Shown in pieces: positions 27,509 to 39,032 of a stretch of DNA of 64,000 nt. The stretch is from Sphagnum compactum. Its lineage: Eukaryota. The position numbers were made by a program, and so were the translations under genes. Every line of letters starts with the position of its first letter. The first letter of the stretch is position 1. The notes beneath the pieces are model-generated. The model made no database searches and had not been told where the DNA came from. It saw nothing but the letters and a program-made list of their open reading frames with translations. The DNA is taken from the NCBI GenBank assembly GCA_965153455.1, contig OZ234494.1, positions 5,518,001-5,582,000 of the forward strand, written 5' to 3'.

Positions 27509-27556
27509 CACCCCAGCAATTCTAAGTTTTAACACCCCAGCAATTCTAAGTTTTAA
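27509..27556. repeat. Exact short tandem duplication
   Basis: ACACCCCAGCAATTCTAAGTTTTA occurs twice in tandem. Confidence 0.85.
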
Positions 27557-29300
27557 AATACAAATGAACCAGCAGGTTTTTAAATACTACTGATTATCAC
27601 TTAAGATCCTTAATTAGTCTTTATCTTCCTCCCAGATCCACTAGGACATTTTCGTGAGTACTTTAGACGTAGTGTAATGACCAAGTAGAGACGTGTTCCT
27701 AAAAATATGTACCCTTCTAGGAGTCTAGGGCCTCTGTCAAGGGGTGATTATTTGGGGAATACACCTGAAGTAAAAAAATGTTGGAATAACAAAAAAAAAT
27801 CATTTTTACCCTGTTTGTACTTGCCAAAAATTATTAGAAAAAAAAAAGTGAGTAAAAGAGGTGTGGCCGTTTTGAAAAATTCAATTTCTGAATAAATTAT
27901 CTTTTTGTTAAGGAAAAAATCTGTTAACTAAGGTGCCCTGTGTAACTTTCCTCGTGCCTATTGGAGCTTTGATAGGAACCCTAAATCGAGAGTTATACCC
28001 TCCAAAGAATATTAGAGGAAAAAGGGAACAGGCCTGTCGCAGCGTAAAACTGTGAAATTTTTTTTTTTGCATTTAAACGGCAGAAGGTTTGTATGCTATA
28101 GGAACAAGGTCCCCTTCAATCGGCCATACTAAGTGATAAAACTAGGGTGTAGGGTTAGGGAAATTTAGGGTTGCAAAGAAAGGTTTAGTAACAAACAGAA
28201 CGTCCAAACTCACCTGTTCTGCCACTTTAAGAACATTTCAGATTTTGGTAATGAGCATCCTCCCTCCCATATCACTTCAAAATTGAGGGGTCTAACAAAA
28301 GTGGAAGGCATTTTTCTGGGGGGGATCTCCCATTTATGTAAGGTCTCTCAAATTTGAAAAGTAGTTTCTGTAACGTACGCAACAGCTTTTCAGCTCTCCC
28401 TAAATTCTGGGGCCAAGCTTCAGGCTATCATACAATAATCACATATGATGACTGAACCTTCAGTACATAGGGTAAGGAACAGCTACAAGCAGTTATTACC
28501 GTCATAAAAGAAATACAAGTACTGCAAAAATGAAACCTGATTTTTAAAAACCAGATTAAACTTTCACAAACTACGAAATGAAAGATGGCATGCAGATTCT
28601 ACCATTGGTAGAATGGAGGAATCTGTATGTCAATCTTTGAAATGAAAACAGTCAATTTTTCTGATCTTATTTTACGGCATCTCCTTAGATTTTGAAGGGT
28701 GCATTACAAAAGAATCCAGCACGTTGCAGTAATTATGAAGTCGATTGTGAATTACACGACAAGAATGAATTAACAGTTTATATAGTAAGTTTCATTGCCC
28801 AGCAATTTCGAAATTGAGCCATTCCTCCAAGATTGAAAGAAAATTGGATTGAAAGAGTTGTGCAAAAATGGCAAAAACGAAGGAACCCGGTGTCCGAACG
28901 CAGGAAAAAAGAAAAAAAAAAGTTTCCTGTAGTAGTTTACATTCCAAAACCGTACAGTCAAAATTACATTCCTATGAAGAAGACGGAGAAATTTGGGAAG
29001 AAAAGGTTTTGTCAAAAGATTGAGGTCCTTACAGTAGCAAATTGCGGTCGCAAAAGTCCTACAGTGGGTGGATTCAAGAAGCATTCAGACAGCTGAATCC
29101 CAGACAAATACCATACTACTAGAGGTAGTGTAGAAAGTTACATTCAAGACAGAACGACGACTACTACAAGTAGAGGGAGTGCAGTGAGTTACATTCCAGA
29201 CAGAGAGAGAACTGCTACTACGACTACAAGATGTAGTGTAGTGTAGTGTTAAGTTTCGAAGACAAAGTGGTCTGGAACTTGGACACCTTTGATCTGTCAA

Positions 29301-29804
29301 TCAATTCCAACCAATGATAAAACTATAGACAAGGTCATTCTGGTTGGCACAATAGAATCCGTCGTATTTGATCTGCCATACACATTCCACGCAAGGAGTG
29401 AGCTGGAATGCAGAGGAACCCAAGCCGAGTCCCAAACGGCGGCTGTTGAGAACGCCTTGCCACACGCGTACCACTTGGTTGTGTACTGTGCATGTCGGGG
29501 TGCAACTGCTGGAATCCGTCCACTGGAATTGGCATGTCCAGCCCGTGGAGAGCAAGCTGCCATCAAAAGCCCAGGTATCGTCACTGTCCGGCTGGATCGT
29601 GACTATTCCGCGGTCCACACTCCCCGACGTGCAGTGAGCCGTGATCGGATCGCCCAGTAGATTGATGATGTCTACTGATGCAGCTTGTGCAGCTACTTGC
29701 AATGGTGAAAGCATCAGCATTGTAGTTAGAACCATCGCAATTCCCATTATTAAACTGGCCTTCTTATGATCATTTCTTGCGATGAAGAAGCTGTTAGCAC
29801 CCAT
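29301..29804 (-). CDS. SPH: Secreted S-protein homologue (plant self-incompatibility S1 / SPH family), 167 aa, intronless CDS
   Basis: Hydrophobic signal peptide (MGIAMVLTTMLMLSPLQVAAQA), then VDIINLL..PITAHCTS..VDRG....QP....WAF......GWTCQFQW ... PCVECVWQIKYDGFY...W: the SPH signature (V.I.N.L, HC.S, W.F, C.F.W, C..C.W.I..DG.Y, terminal W). Confidence 0.85.
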   Translation of the reverse strand: MGANSFFIARNDHKKASLIMGIAMVLTTMLMLSPLQVAAQAASVDIINLLGDPITAHCTSGSVDRGIVTIQPDSDDTWAFDGSLLSTGWTCQFQWTDSSSCTPTCTVHNQVVRVWQGVLNSRRLGLGLGSSAFQLTPCVECVWQIKYDGFYCANQNDLVYSFIIGWN

Positions 29805-30994
29805 GATGGAATTCAGTAGGAATTCGCCCGAGATGCTGCTAGTTCAACTGTCCACGAATGAAGCTCAAGGAGAGGATATATCACAAAGAAATGACAGGAA
29901 AAAACCGTGGCTGAGATGAGAAGGAAGAAACCAACTAATTATTGAAGATCTTTCAACCCAAATGGGAATTACACGCACATGAACTCAGAACAGATCCCGA
30001 CAGAAAGTCCTACCAACGGGACCAGAAGAGAAAAATTAAGGAAGCCCCGACTCTTCCTGAAACAAATTCACGGAGCTGCTGTGCAAATAAAACTTAGTGA
30101 TCAAACTGGATACATGTAACCATAACAGCCACCTGCGCAGTACAAGAGAAGACGGGCCATCAAACAACCCAACAACAAGACAATCAAATCAAAGGAAATT
30201 TCAGCTAGAGAAACATGACTTCGATCCGACAGTGTGTGAAAGAGAAAAGTTACATCAGGCCAGAACAAAACAAAGCTACCGCCGAAGATATAGAAACAGA
30301 ATCCGCACTTAAAAGATGGATAGAACCCAAGACAAAAAATCCAAAGTCAAATTCCCGCAGATGATCGATCAATCGATCAGGCCTCTTCCCACACTTTTCG
30401 ACCGACCTTAACGAGCAACACAATCTAAAATTGAACTGTAGACTCGGAGCTTAAACTTGGAGGAGAAACTCTAGCAGAGAGACAAAGTGTGACAGAAGGG
30501 GATGGCTGAAAGAATGGAGCAGGAGCACGAGAGGAAGATGGAGAGATTTGAGTGGCAACAATGGAACAGGGAGCAGGACTTATAGGGGAGGGGAGGGGAG
30601 GGGGGGTGGGCAATTGATCAGACCAAATTGTAGAAATTCACGAGCGGATGGGTGGCGGCTACGACGATGACGGCAATTCGTCGCCCCGCCTGAGTGAGTG
30701 CGTGTTTTCTCGAGCCTTGTGTGGCAAAGAGCTATGCCACTCCCCGCCCCTTAATACGCAGTCGCTAATTCTGTGCACGTTCTCATTTACGCGCGCAGCC
30801 TCCACTAACCTTAATTAACCCACCACGCCCCCTCTCGTCCCTTAATTACATCTTCCGTCCCTTAATCAAGGCACCTTTCTTCAGGCTTACAATTGATAAG
30901 GCCACTGTTCCTCGTCACCCTATTACACTCCCATTAGACCGGCGCAAGTTTTAAGATAGGGACCGGAGAGAACATGGGACCAGCTAGGTTTACC

Positions 30995-31352
30995 CAGTGC
31001 CGTGCGGTTATTTGGATATTTTAAATAACCGGAGGTTCCTTTTTTAAAACATTTCTCAGAACCAGAGAACTGTCGGTTTCATTTGTTTTGAAGAGAAAAA
31101 ATTATCAAGATTGGAGAAGTGGTTGGTTCCGGTTATTTCCAAAACTTCAAAGAACCGGTGATTTTCATGATGGACTGGCAAAGCATCGGTGGTGGTTAGA
31201 AAGCCCAATTTATTGAAATTTGAGAACCACACAGGTTCTGTACTAATGCCGGTTTTTTTGAATTTTATTCACCCCCAGTGGGTAAGTGAGTATATATCCA
31301 GGCTGATAACCCAAAGGCGTCTGAAGCAGCTTCTAATGACCACACAACACTG
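30995..31352. mobile_element. MITE-like element, CAGTG...CAACACTG family
   Basis: Starts CCAGTGCCGTGCGGTTATT, ends CACACAACACTG, with internal GAACC/GGTTC motifs shared with 12656-12877 and 59388-59753. Confidence 0.5.
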
Positions 31353-31982
31353 TGGAAATTTTTCCAGCTTTGGGCGATTATTAGAAATAGGAACCGACCC
31401 CAAAACGTTATCAGGGCGATTCTCAAAACCTGTTTTTTGAGTACCACACAGGTCAAGGGTCCTTATACCTGACCCTTACCAGCCAATTGAGCAGGGCATT
31501 ACTGACATAAGCACCCCCGGAGGTGGATTTCAGTACTGCATTGCTCTTGGGGTGTTACCTTACACTTATCTCTCCTTCTCAGCCCCTCGATTTCCAGTTC
31601 ATAAAAGCCTCCACTAATATTTTACACCAAGGATGTGAGCCAAAAAAACCGCAGAGCATTTTGGAAAAAAAAATTAACCACATTGTTTTTTTACTTTTCT
31701 CCCCATGATACCCAGCGGGTACCCTCCCAAGTGTCACAGGGAAAAGAGAGAAAGAAAGAAAGAAAGAAACCCATCAATTTGCAATGCCCTCAGCCACAGG
31801 CATTACCAGAATCAGGCCCACCTTGGCTTTGCCCCCAACATGAACCCTAACTATTCAGATGGTAATGCCCACAGGCCTACACTTCTTCTTCTTCTTCCTC
31901 TTCTTGGGCTCTACAGCACCACATTAGGTACACAAACCACGCGCAGCAAACAAGGGGTCATTAAACAACACCTGTGGTGGCG

Positions 31983-32023
<41 letters not shown>

Positions 32024-32029
32024 CATAGA

Positions 32030-32235
32030 AAACAACTGGCGGGTATATGGGTCCGGTATCCTGACCCTTGAACCCACGGTTCTCAAAAAATCACAGAACT
32101 GTTCAACGAACGTACCCTGAAATGCCAGCTCTGTGCCAGTCTTTTTCAGTTTTTCTGAAATTTAAAGAATCACTTTTAAGTTATTATTTCAAAATTTATT
32201 TATTTTCAAAAATCTGGAACCCAGGGTTCAATAGC
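32030..32235 (+). mobile_element. Partial copy of the same MITE family
   Basis: ACCCTTGAACCCACGGTTCTCAAAAAATCACAGAAC...GAAATGCC...GGAACCC is near-identical to 12716-12790. Confidence 0.55.
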
Positions 32236-32254
32236 CCGTTAATTAAGACCGTTA

Positions 32255-33560
32255 ACTTTACTATTTCCTTTTTAATTTTTTCTTTAGTGGTGTGGAAATC
32301 GAAAAGGAGAAACGAAAAGAGAACAATATTAGGGCTTCCTATGGCTATTTAAGTAAACAAACTTTATTATTAGTTTTTTTTGTGGAAACCCAAAAAAGAA
32401 AAAGGAAAAAAAAAACCCCCAATTTTAGGCCTTATTATGGGCATTTAAGTGGACTAAATTTATTATTTTCTTTTTATTCTTTTTCTGAGGGTGTGGAAAC
32501 CAACAACCAAAAAAAAAAAAGAAAAAAAGAAACCCAAGAGTAGGCCTTATTATGGGTATTTAAGTACACTAACTTTAATATTTGCTTTTAATTCCTTTTC
32601 TGGGGGTGTGGAAACCGGAAAAAGAAAAAAAAGCCCAATATTAGGCATTATTATGGCAATTTGAGTTGCTTAAATTTTTTATATCTTTCTTATGCTTTTT
32701 CTAGGGGTGCGGAAACCAGAATTAAAAGAAGCCCAATTTAGGGCTTTATTTCTGGGTATCTAAATGGTTAAAACTTTATTGTTTTTAGTAGTTTTTTTTC
32801 TAACGGTGTGGACCCCAAATTTTTTTTTTAAAGAGCTTAATGGCAAGGTTTAATAGGTTAATTAAGTAGGCCTACTTTACTCTCTCCTTTTTACTATTTT
32901 TCTAAGGGTGCGTAAACCGACCCTTGAAAAAAAAAACCCAATATTACGGCTATTTAAGTAACTTAACCTTGTAATTTGCTTTTTATTCTTTTTCTAAAGG
33001 CGTGGAAACCGAAAAAAAGAAAAAGCAAAAGGAGCCCAATAATAGGCTTTATTATGGGTATTAAGTAGAATAATTTTTATTATTTCCTTTTTATTCCTTT
33101 TTTACGGGTACGAAAACCGAAAAAAGGGACGCAAAAACACCCCAATATTAATATTAGGGCTTATTATGGGTATTTATGTAGGCGAACTTTACTATTTTCA
33201 TTTTATTCCTTTTCTAAGGGTGTGGAAAGCGAAAAAAAAAAAAAAAAACCCCAATATTTAATGCTTGCACGTTTCTATGGGTATTTCCTTTCCATTCTTT
33301 TTTCTGATGGTGTGGAATCCGAAAAAATAAGGGGCGGAGGGAAAAAAAAAAGTCCAATATTAGGGCTTACAAGTTACTATGGGTATTTAAGTGGGCTAAC
33401 ATTATTATTCTCTTCGTTTTTTTTCCTAATTATGTGGCAACTGAAAAGTGGCGGAGAAAAAAAAATGAAAAAAAATAGATTAATAAAAATTAGGGTTTAC
33501 TACAGTATTTCAAGTAGGCTAGCCGCTACCTTTATTATTTTCTTTTTTTTTAATTTCTTA
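32255..33560 (+). repeat. ~105-bp tandem repeat, ~12 diverged copies
   Basis: Unit: T-tract + GGTGTGGAAACC + A-tract + CCCAATATTAGGGCTTATTATGGGTATTTAAGT. Cores at ~32289, 32381, 32491, 32606, 32707, 32806, 32907, 33000, 33107, 33220, 33310, 33432. Confidence 0.9.
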
Positions 33561-35539
33561 AAAACCCAAGTTTCCTATGTCTTTTGGGGAGGGGGGAGGG
33601 TTGGGGGGTGAGTACATAACTCTCCATGAGGGAACAAGGGCCATTATAGCAGCCTCTAGGGACCCACCTGGGGTGCTTTTAAGTTTAATGACGAGGCCTT
33701 AATGAGATGAGTTAGTGCCTTAGTCAGGCAAGTGAATTTAACACCCTAAGATTCATTTAATTTAAGACAGGGCGGTTAATTGAAACCACATTAATGTAAC
33801 TCCCCTTTGGCCTTGATTATTAACAACCTCAAGTTTTGTTGTTCCAATTACTAATGTATTTTGTACCTCATCTACGATCTAATGAATTTTTCCCAATTTC
33901 CCAAATTATAATAACCTCAATTTTAGTTGCTTCAAGAATAAACATTAATGTATTTAAAAACCCCATCTAATATGCATACTAATGAATTTTTTTTAAGGAC
34001 CACCATTTTCCATGCTCTCTAATTTTGCCAAATTTGTTACTACTTTGTCTAAGCATCCGTTTGGCAATTCCTAATTAAACATATAATTATTATCAAAACT
34101 TGGTTTTCAGATTTGTACAAAAAGAATTAATTTAGAATTTGTAAATGTAAGAAAGAAGGAAAATAAATAGACTTTAAGGGAAAAGTATGAAGAAAGGGAA
34201 TAGTTTGAGGCTAGTAAAATTTCACCCCCACCCCATATTACGATGCAAATATATAAAATCTACATACATGACTCAATCTTGGCATAGCTAGTGAACATAT
34301 TGGTCAAAAAAAAAAATTAATTAATTTTTGGAAATGATCCATCTCAATTATTTACCAAAATTAGACCTATTTTATCGATCTTTTAAACTAGATTGTGACA
34401 ATATATTGAATATATTTCTTCTGAAGATTATAATATGATTTTACATGAAAACAATTGGCATGAATATGGCATTTAAAACTATATAATTACATAAATAGAT
34501 GTCAATTTATTTTAAGATAATATTCAAATTTCCAGATAATGCATTAAAATATGGCACTATGTTGAATTATGGATTTAAAAATATGAGAAAGAATGCAAGA
34601 AATCTTTGACAAAATGTTTTTTCACGTAATTTGGTTTTTTTTTTTTTTTTGCCTCCAGCATCTTTGCATTATTTTCAATTTTTTTTGAAATTTGGTATGT
34701 GTATTTGGATTGTTTTCTTTCCTACATTTGTCTGGAAATTGTTTATCTAAAAGAAGGTTGAAATACCCGACATTGAAAATTTGGATATGAGAGCTTAACT
34801 AATTTAGGAAGTTCAAAATAATAACAATTTTTATTATTGGTATTGGTGCCACCATTAACCATACCCATCAAAGCATTTCATAACTCAAAAACCCTAAACC
34901 TACCATAACTCTTGACCATAAAAGCCAGGTTTGGGCTGCTATTGAACTGGAATTTGGGGGCCAAAAAAAAAAAAAAGTAATTTTGGATTTTTGGATATAT
35001 TATATTACATTATATAATACCATATATGAAAAATTTAAACCAAATTTCTCATACAAACCCACCAGAATTGAGCATTGAGAGGACATTTTTTTAATATGAT
35101 TAAATTGGACAAAGCAACTTCTTCTTGGGCAAAGCAGTCATTGAACTTTCTAGACTACTACTACTTCACCTGTTGTCCATTAAAAACATAATGGGGTGGA
35201 AGCATTGAAGAAGTTTGTTTCACTAGGGCACAAAAGTTACAAAATTCATTGCAGCAGCCAAAGCCAAAGGAAGGAAGGAAGGAAGGAAGTAAAATCTCTC
35301 ATGAGACAGTTGCTAAACCTAATAATAAAATCTAAGAAGAACTAGCTATACCCAGTGAACCCAACCCTAGTTAATTAAACACTAAAAAACTGCTTATCAA
35401 TGGGCCACCCTGTTTTGTTTAATGATTAGAATCTGCAGCTCTTGCCCATCCAGTTAAATCTTTAAATGCTTCACCATCAATGAGCCCTCCTCACAAGGCT
35501 CAAACCCATATCCTCACCACAGCTGCCCTCTGGGAGAAC

Positions 35540-35985
35540 CATAGTTTGCTTTGGGTGATCACTATTAAATGCATTGGCTACAATAGCCATGGCAAGCTGC
35601 TGTTCCTCCCCCAATAGCCAGATGATCAATTCCACAACACCCATGTGACCTTTTCTTATTTATTATTTTTTTCACCAATTCCACAACAACCATATGATAT
35701 TTTTCTCTATTTTAAAAAAAAGAATCGCCAATTCCACAACACCCATGTGACCTTTTTTAATAATTTTTCCTTTTTTTCCACCACATGGGAGGTAGGTCAA
35801 AATGGTGATGAAACAAAAATGGTAGTGGTTTTCACCACCATGGATGGGTCCTGGGATAGGGGAAAATCAAGAAATGAAAATTATCCCTTCCGTGTTGTGG
35901 AAGGGTGCACTGGCTATTGATGCAGGGATAGCAGCTGCCATGGCTATTGTGACCAGTGCATTTAATAGTGATCACCCGAACTATG
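35540..35985. repeat. Long inverted repeat (~100-bp arms), foldback/MITE-like
   Basis: 35540-35641 (CATAGTT..GGGTGATCACTATTAAATGCATTGG.TACAATAGCCATGGCA.GCTGCT...AATAGCCAG...TTCCACAACAC) is the reverse complement of 35891-35985. AATTCCACAACAC(C) also occurs three times across the left arm and spacer. Confidence 0.85.
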
Positions 35986-37761
35986 TTTGCTGCTTCCTTG
36001 TTCCAAAATTTAGCATTCCAAAAGTTCGGAACAGTGTGAATTTTCACCCCAAAAAATGGCACTCATGTTTCCAAATCTCCATGTTAGGGTTTTTTTTTCA
36101 ATTTTTGAATCTCAAATATTTGACGATTTTTTTAATAATTAGAAAAATTATTGAAATTACTCTTGAAAGAAAAATCAACTATTTTGGCCAAAAAAAGAAA
36201 AATTCTGCCAAAAAAACGAAGAAGAAAGGAACACTCCATCTCCTTTCATCAAGTAGAAGCTTAATTCATTTAGAAAAACTCAAAACGAATACCATTCCAC
36301 ATAGCAGGGTGGTTTATGTTGAAACGAATAATTTATTTTGGGACATTAAATTTTGTCCCACCCAAAAATTAATATATTGACTTTTATTTTTGAAATTAAA
36401 TATTTTTTCATATTTTTTCATTTTTCCAGATTTTTTTGTTTGTTTTTGACTCTATAACAAGAATTTTAGAAGGATAATTAAATGTTTATTTTTCTATATC
36501 TTACTTATAGCCGATTTAGTTAAATCTGCCTATGGGTGATAGCCACTTTGGCTGCATAAGTAGTTTCATTAAAAAAGCACTAGTCACATTGGGGGTGTGA
36601 AACTTGGACATTGTCAAAGTCCATTCTACAACAATGTTTCTTTTCTTGGAATTTTGAACTATTTCATATTTTTGTTCTTGATATAATTTCTCAACATTCC
36701 ACCTTTTTGCCCAAAAAATTCAATATTTTTTTATAATTATTTTTGGCAACAGTATGTAGATCCTTACAAATGAATAATTCTCAAATAGGGTGAATAATTA
36801 TGAAGCAGCTCCAGCCATACCCCCTATTTGGGCCTGTATACGTATTTACAACATTCAATTTACAATGTTTACTAATTCTCGCATCCCCACCCACAAAGCT
36901 TAAAAAAAATGGTCAGAATAAAGTAAAAGATTAATTAAACATCACCACCTGCCCGGCAATCATTATAGTTGGCTAATAAAAAACAATCATTTTATTTTAC
37001 CAGCCCTCTTGGAGGGCATTATATCACGGGCAGCCTTTTTTTTCTTGTGCATAATTTCACACTGTTGCAAAAGTTTGGAAACTTTTTTTCATAAATTCAA
37101 TGAATTTTTGAGGAGAAAAGAAAAGGCCAAAACTCAAAATTAAACATATTAAATCGCCATATTTTTTATACATGGTTCAAGTACGTAGCCAAAAATATAT
37201 AAGGATGTTTAAATAATTTCTGTTAATAATTTTTAATAAAAAATTTGGCTAAATTGGCTTATCATGATTGCCACATCAGCTATATAACAAAATTGAGAAA
37301 CAAATTCTGATAGTGCAAATTTTGCAGAACCTTGAAAGATCTCTAACCTTGAAAAATGTTAGGGTTTGGGATTTCCATGGTAATCCTTGGCACTGATAAT
37401 TAGTTGGAAATGTCGAATCCTAAGCATTAGGATTGAACCATGGGATATTAGTCCATGGAAATCTAATTTAACAATATAGAAACGTAAGGTATATACATTT
37501 TTAAAAAAATAGAAATACAATATACAAAATGGACAATGATCCAATGGCCACAAAAAAATTATTGCAAAAAACCCAAAGGTGTAAAATCAATTTTAGAATG
37601 AAACTCAAAGGTAACACGTTCTTACACCTCTCTTCTTTTCAGAATATTTGCACGGCCGCTGGCAATAGCCTCTTTTCTATTACATACTTAACCAGTTTTA
37701 GTGTCATGCATTGTTGGCATGGACTGCTGGTTCCGCTTATCTCTGCCAGTTTCCACTCGTA

Positions 37762-37850
37762 ATGTGAATCAACGGTGGGGAACACTCAGGTGATGTGAAT
37801 CAACGGTGGGGAACACTCAGGTGATGTGAATCAATGATCGTGGGGAACAC
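37762..37850. repeat. 31-bp tandem repeat (~2.8 copies)
   Basis: ATGTGAATCAACGGTGGGGAACACTCAGGTG twice exactly, plus a diverged third copy. Confidence 0.9.
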
Positions 37851-38654
37851 CAGTTATGCTCTAGAACAGGCCTTGGAAGAACCATTAGCTACCCAGATGG
37901 ACCAACGGCTTATCCTACCTGGCTTGCCACATTCCCAGTTGGAATAGCCCCTACTGGGCCCATTCCATAACTGAATTGTAGGGAGTGTCTTGCTAACATG
38001 ACAGCACACCATTTCATACCATATGATCACCACTTCAGCTACATCAAAAAATCAAAAAAAAAACCCTGCTTGGTCCCTGGCCTAACCTCTTCAGAATGCA
38101 CGACCCCTGGTTACAAAACATGCCATTCCAAAGTGGTAATGGCTTTCATTTTGCTCTTCCATCAACCGTTCAGAACTTAGTGCATGGCCTTTAACAATGT
38201 AACTTCATGCAAAGAATGAGCATTGCAATGCCGTAAAGAACAGGGGGCTGCCAACTTGGCCCATTCCTACGGCACAATTCTCCTGGCCAAATTGGCCATC
38301 ACAGGGAACCCTGCTGTTTCAGAGAGTTCCCTCGATTTTTATGGCAGTGGATCTTACTATTTACGCCACAGAATGGGCCCTCAGTGACCAATTATGCTAG
38401 GCAAGTGCTCACTATGCAAGTCTGGCAGAATCAGCGACAACCCTCACAGAATCGGCCACCAACGGCCCATTCCATAGTACATAATGGATGGTGCAGTCCT
38501 CCATTCAAAACTTTTTGGGTGGGCTTTCAAAGTCTAGGGTTCTCACAGAAGCCTTTGTGCACAGGCTGTTCCCAAGTCCAACCCCTTGCGGCACACAAGT
38601 TCAATGGTACCTGTAATATATCTATCTATGAAGGAAGGCAATTTCTTTTGTAGT

Positions 38655-39032
38655 TATGAGATTCACCCAACCCGGATGCTTCAGATCATGTTCTTGGTGT
38701 CTTTAAGAAGCCCTCGATGAGGAGAGGAGGGTTGCATGGGCTTGGTTCCATGACGTTTGGACTTGCATGCAAAAGTTCTTGAATATTGAACAATTTCTTC
38801 ACTGAAAATTAAATTAAATCATAGCTGAAAGTTTCGAAGGAACTGGAATCTGCCTTTGGTGTTGTTGAAAATATCTTGATGAGCAGGAGTTAATGGAATT
38901 TATTTGGTAAGATTTGAATTCAGAATGTGGGAGATATTGATTTTTAAGTGATTTCTGCTGCTGAAAATTCAGATAAATTTCCAAAAAACCAGGTTTTGGA
39001 ATGAAAAATCAGTTGAGGACGTGGTAACACTA
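38655..39032 (+). repeat. Probable dispersed non-autonomous repeat
   Basis: GGTGTC...GAAGCCCTCGATGAGG...TGCATG segment resembles 58610-58660 (GGTCTC..GGAAGACCCTTGGTGAGG..GTGCATG); non-coding. Confidence 0.35.

Noticed and set aside
31785-31830. TPP riboswitch resemblance (minus strand CCUGAUUCUGGUAAUGCCUGUG...AGGG)
   Set aside because: P5 would mispair (CUGG/CCUG), the upstream CUGAGA and P2/P3 elements are missing, and no thiamine gene is nearby; an Infernal search would settle it.
32255-33560. CRISPR-like repeat/spacer array
   Set aside because: Repeats are diverged, linkers are homologous A/T tracts rather than unique spacers, no cas genes, eukaryotic context.
35844-36380. 178-aa ORF
   Set aside because: Runs through the inverted-repeat arm and A/T tracts; low complexity, no recognisable domain.
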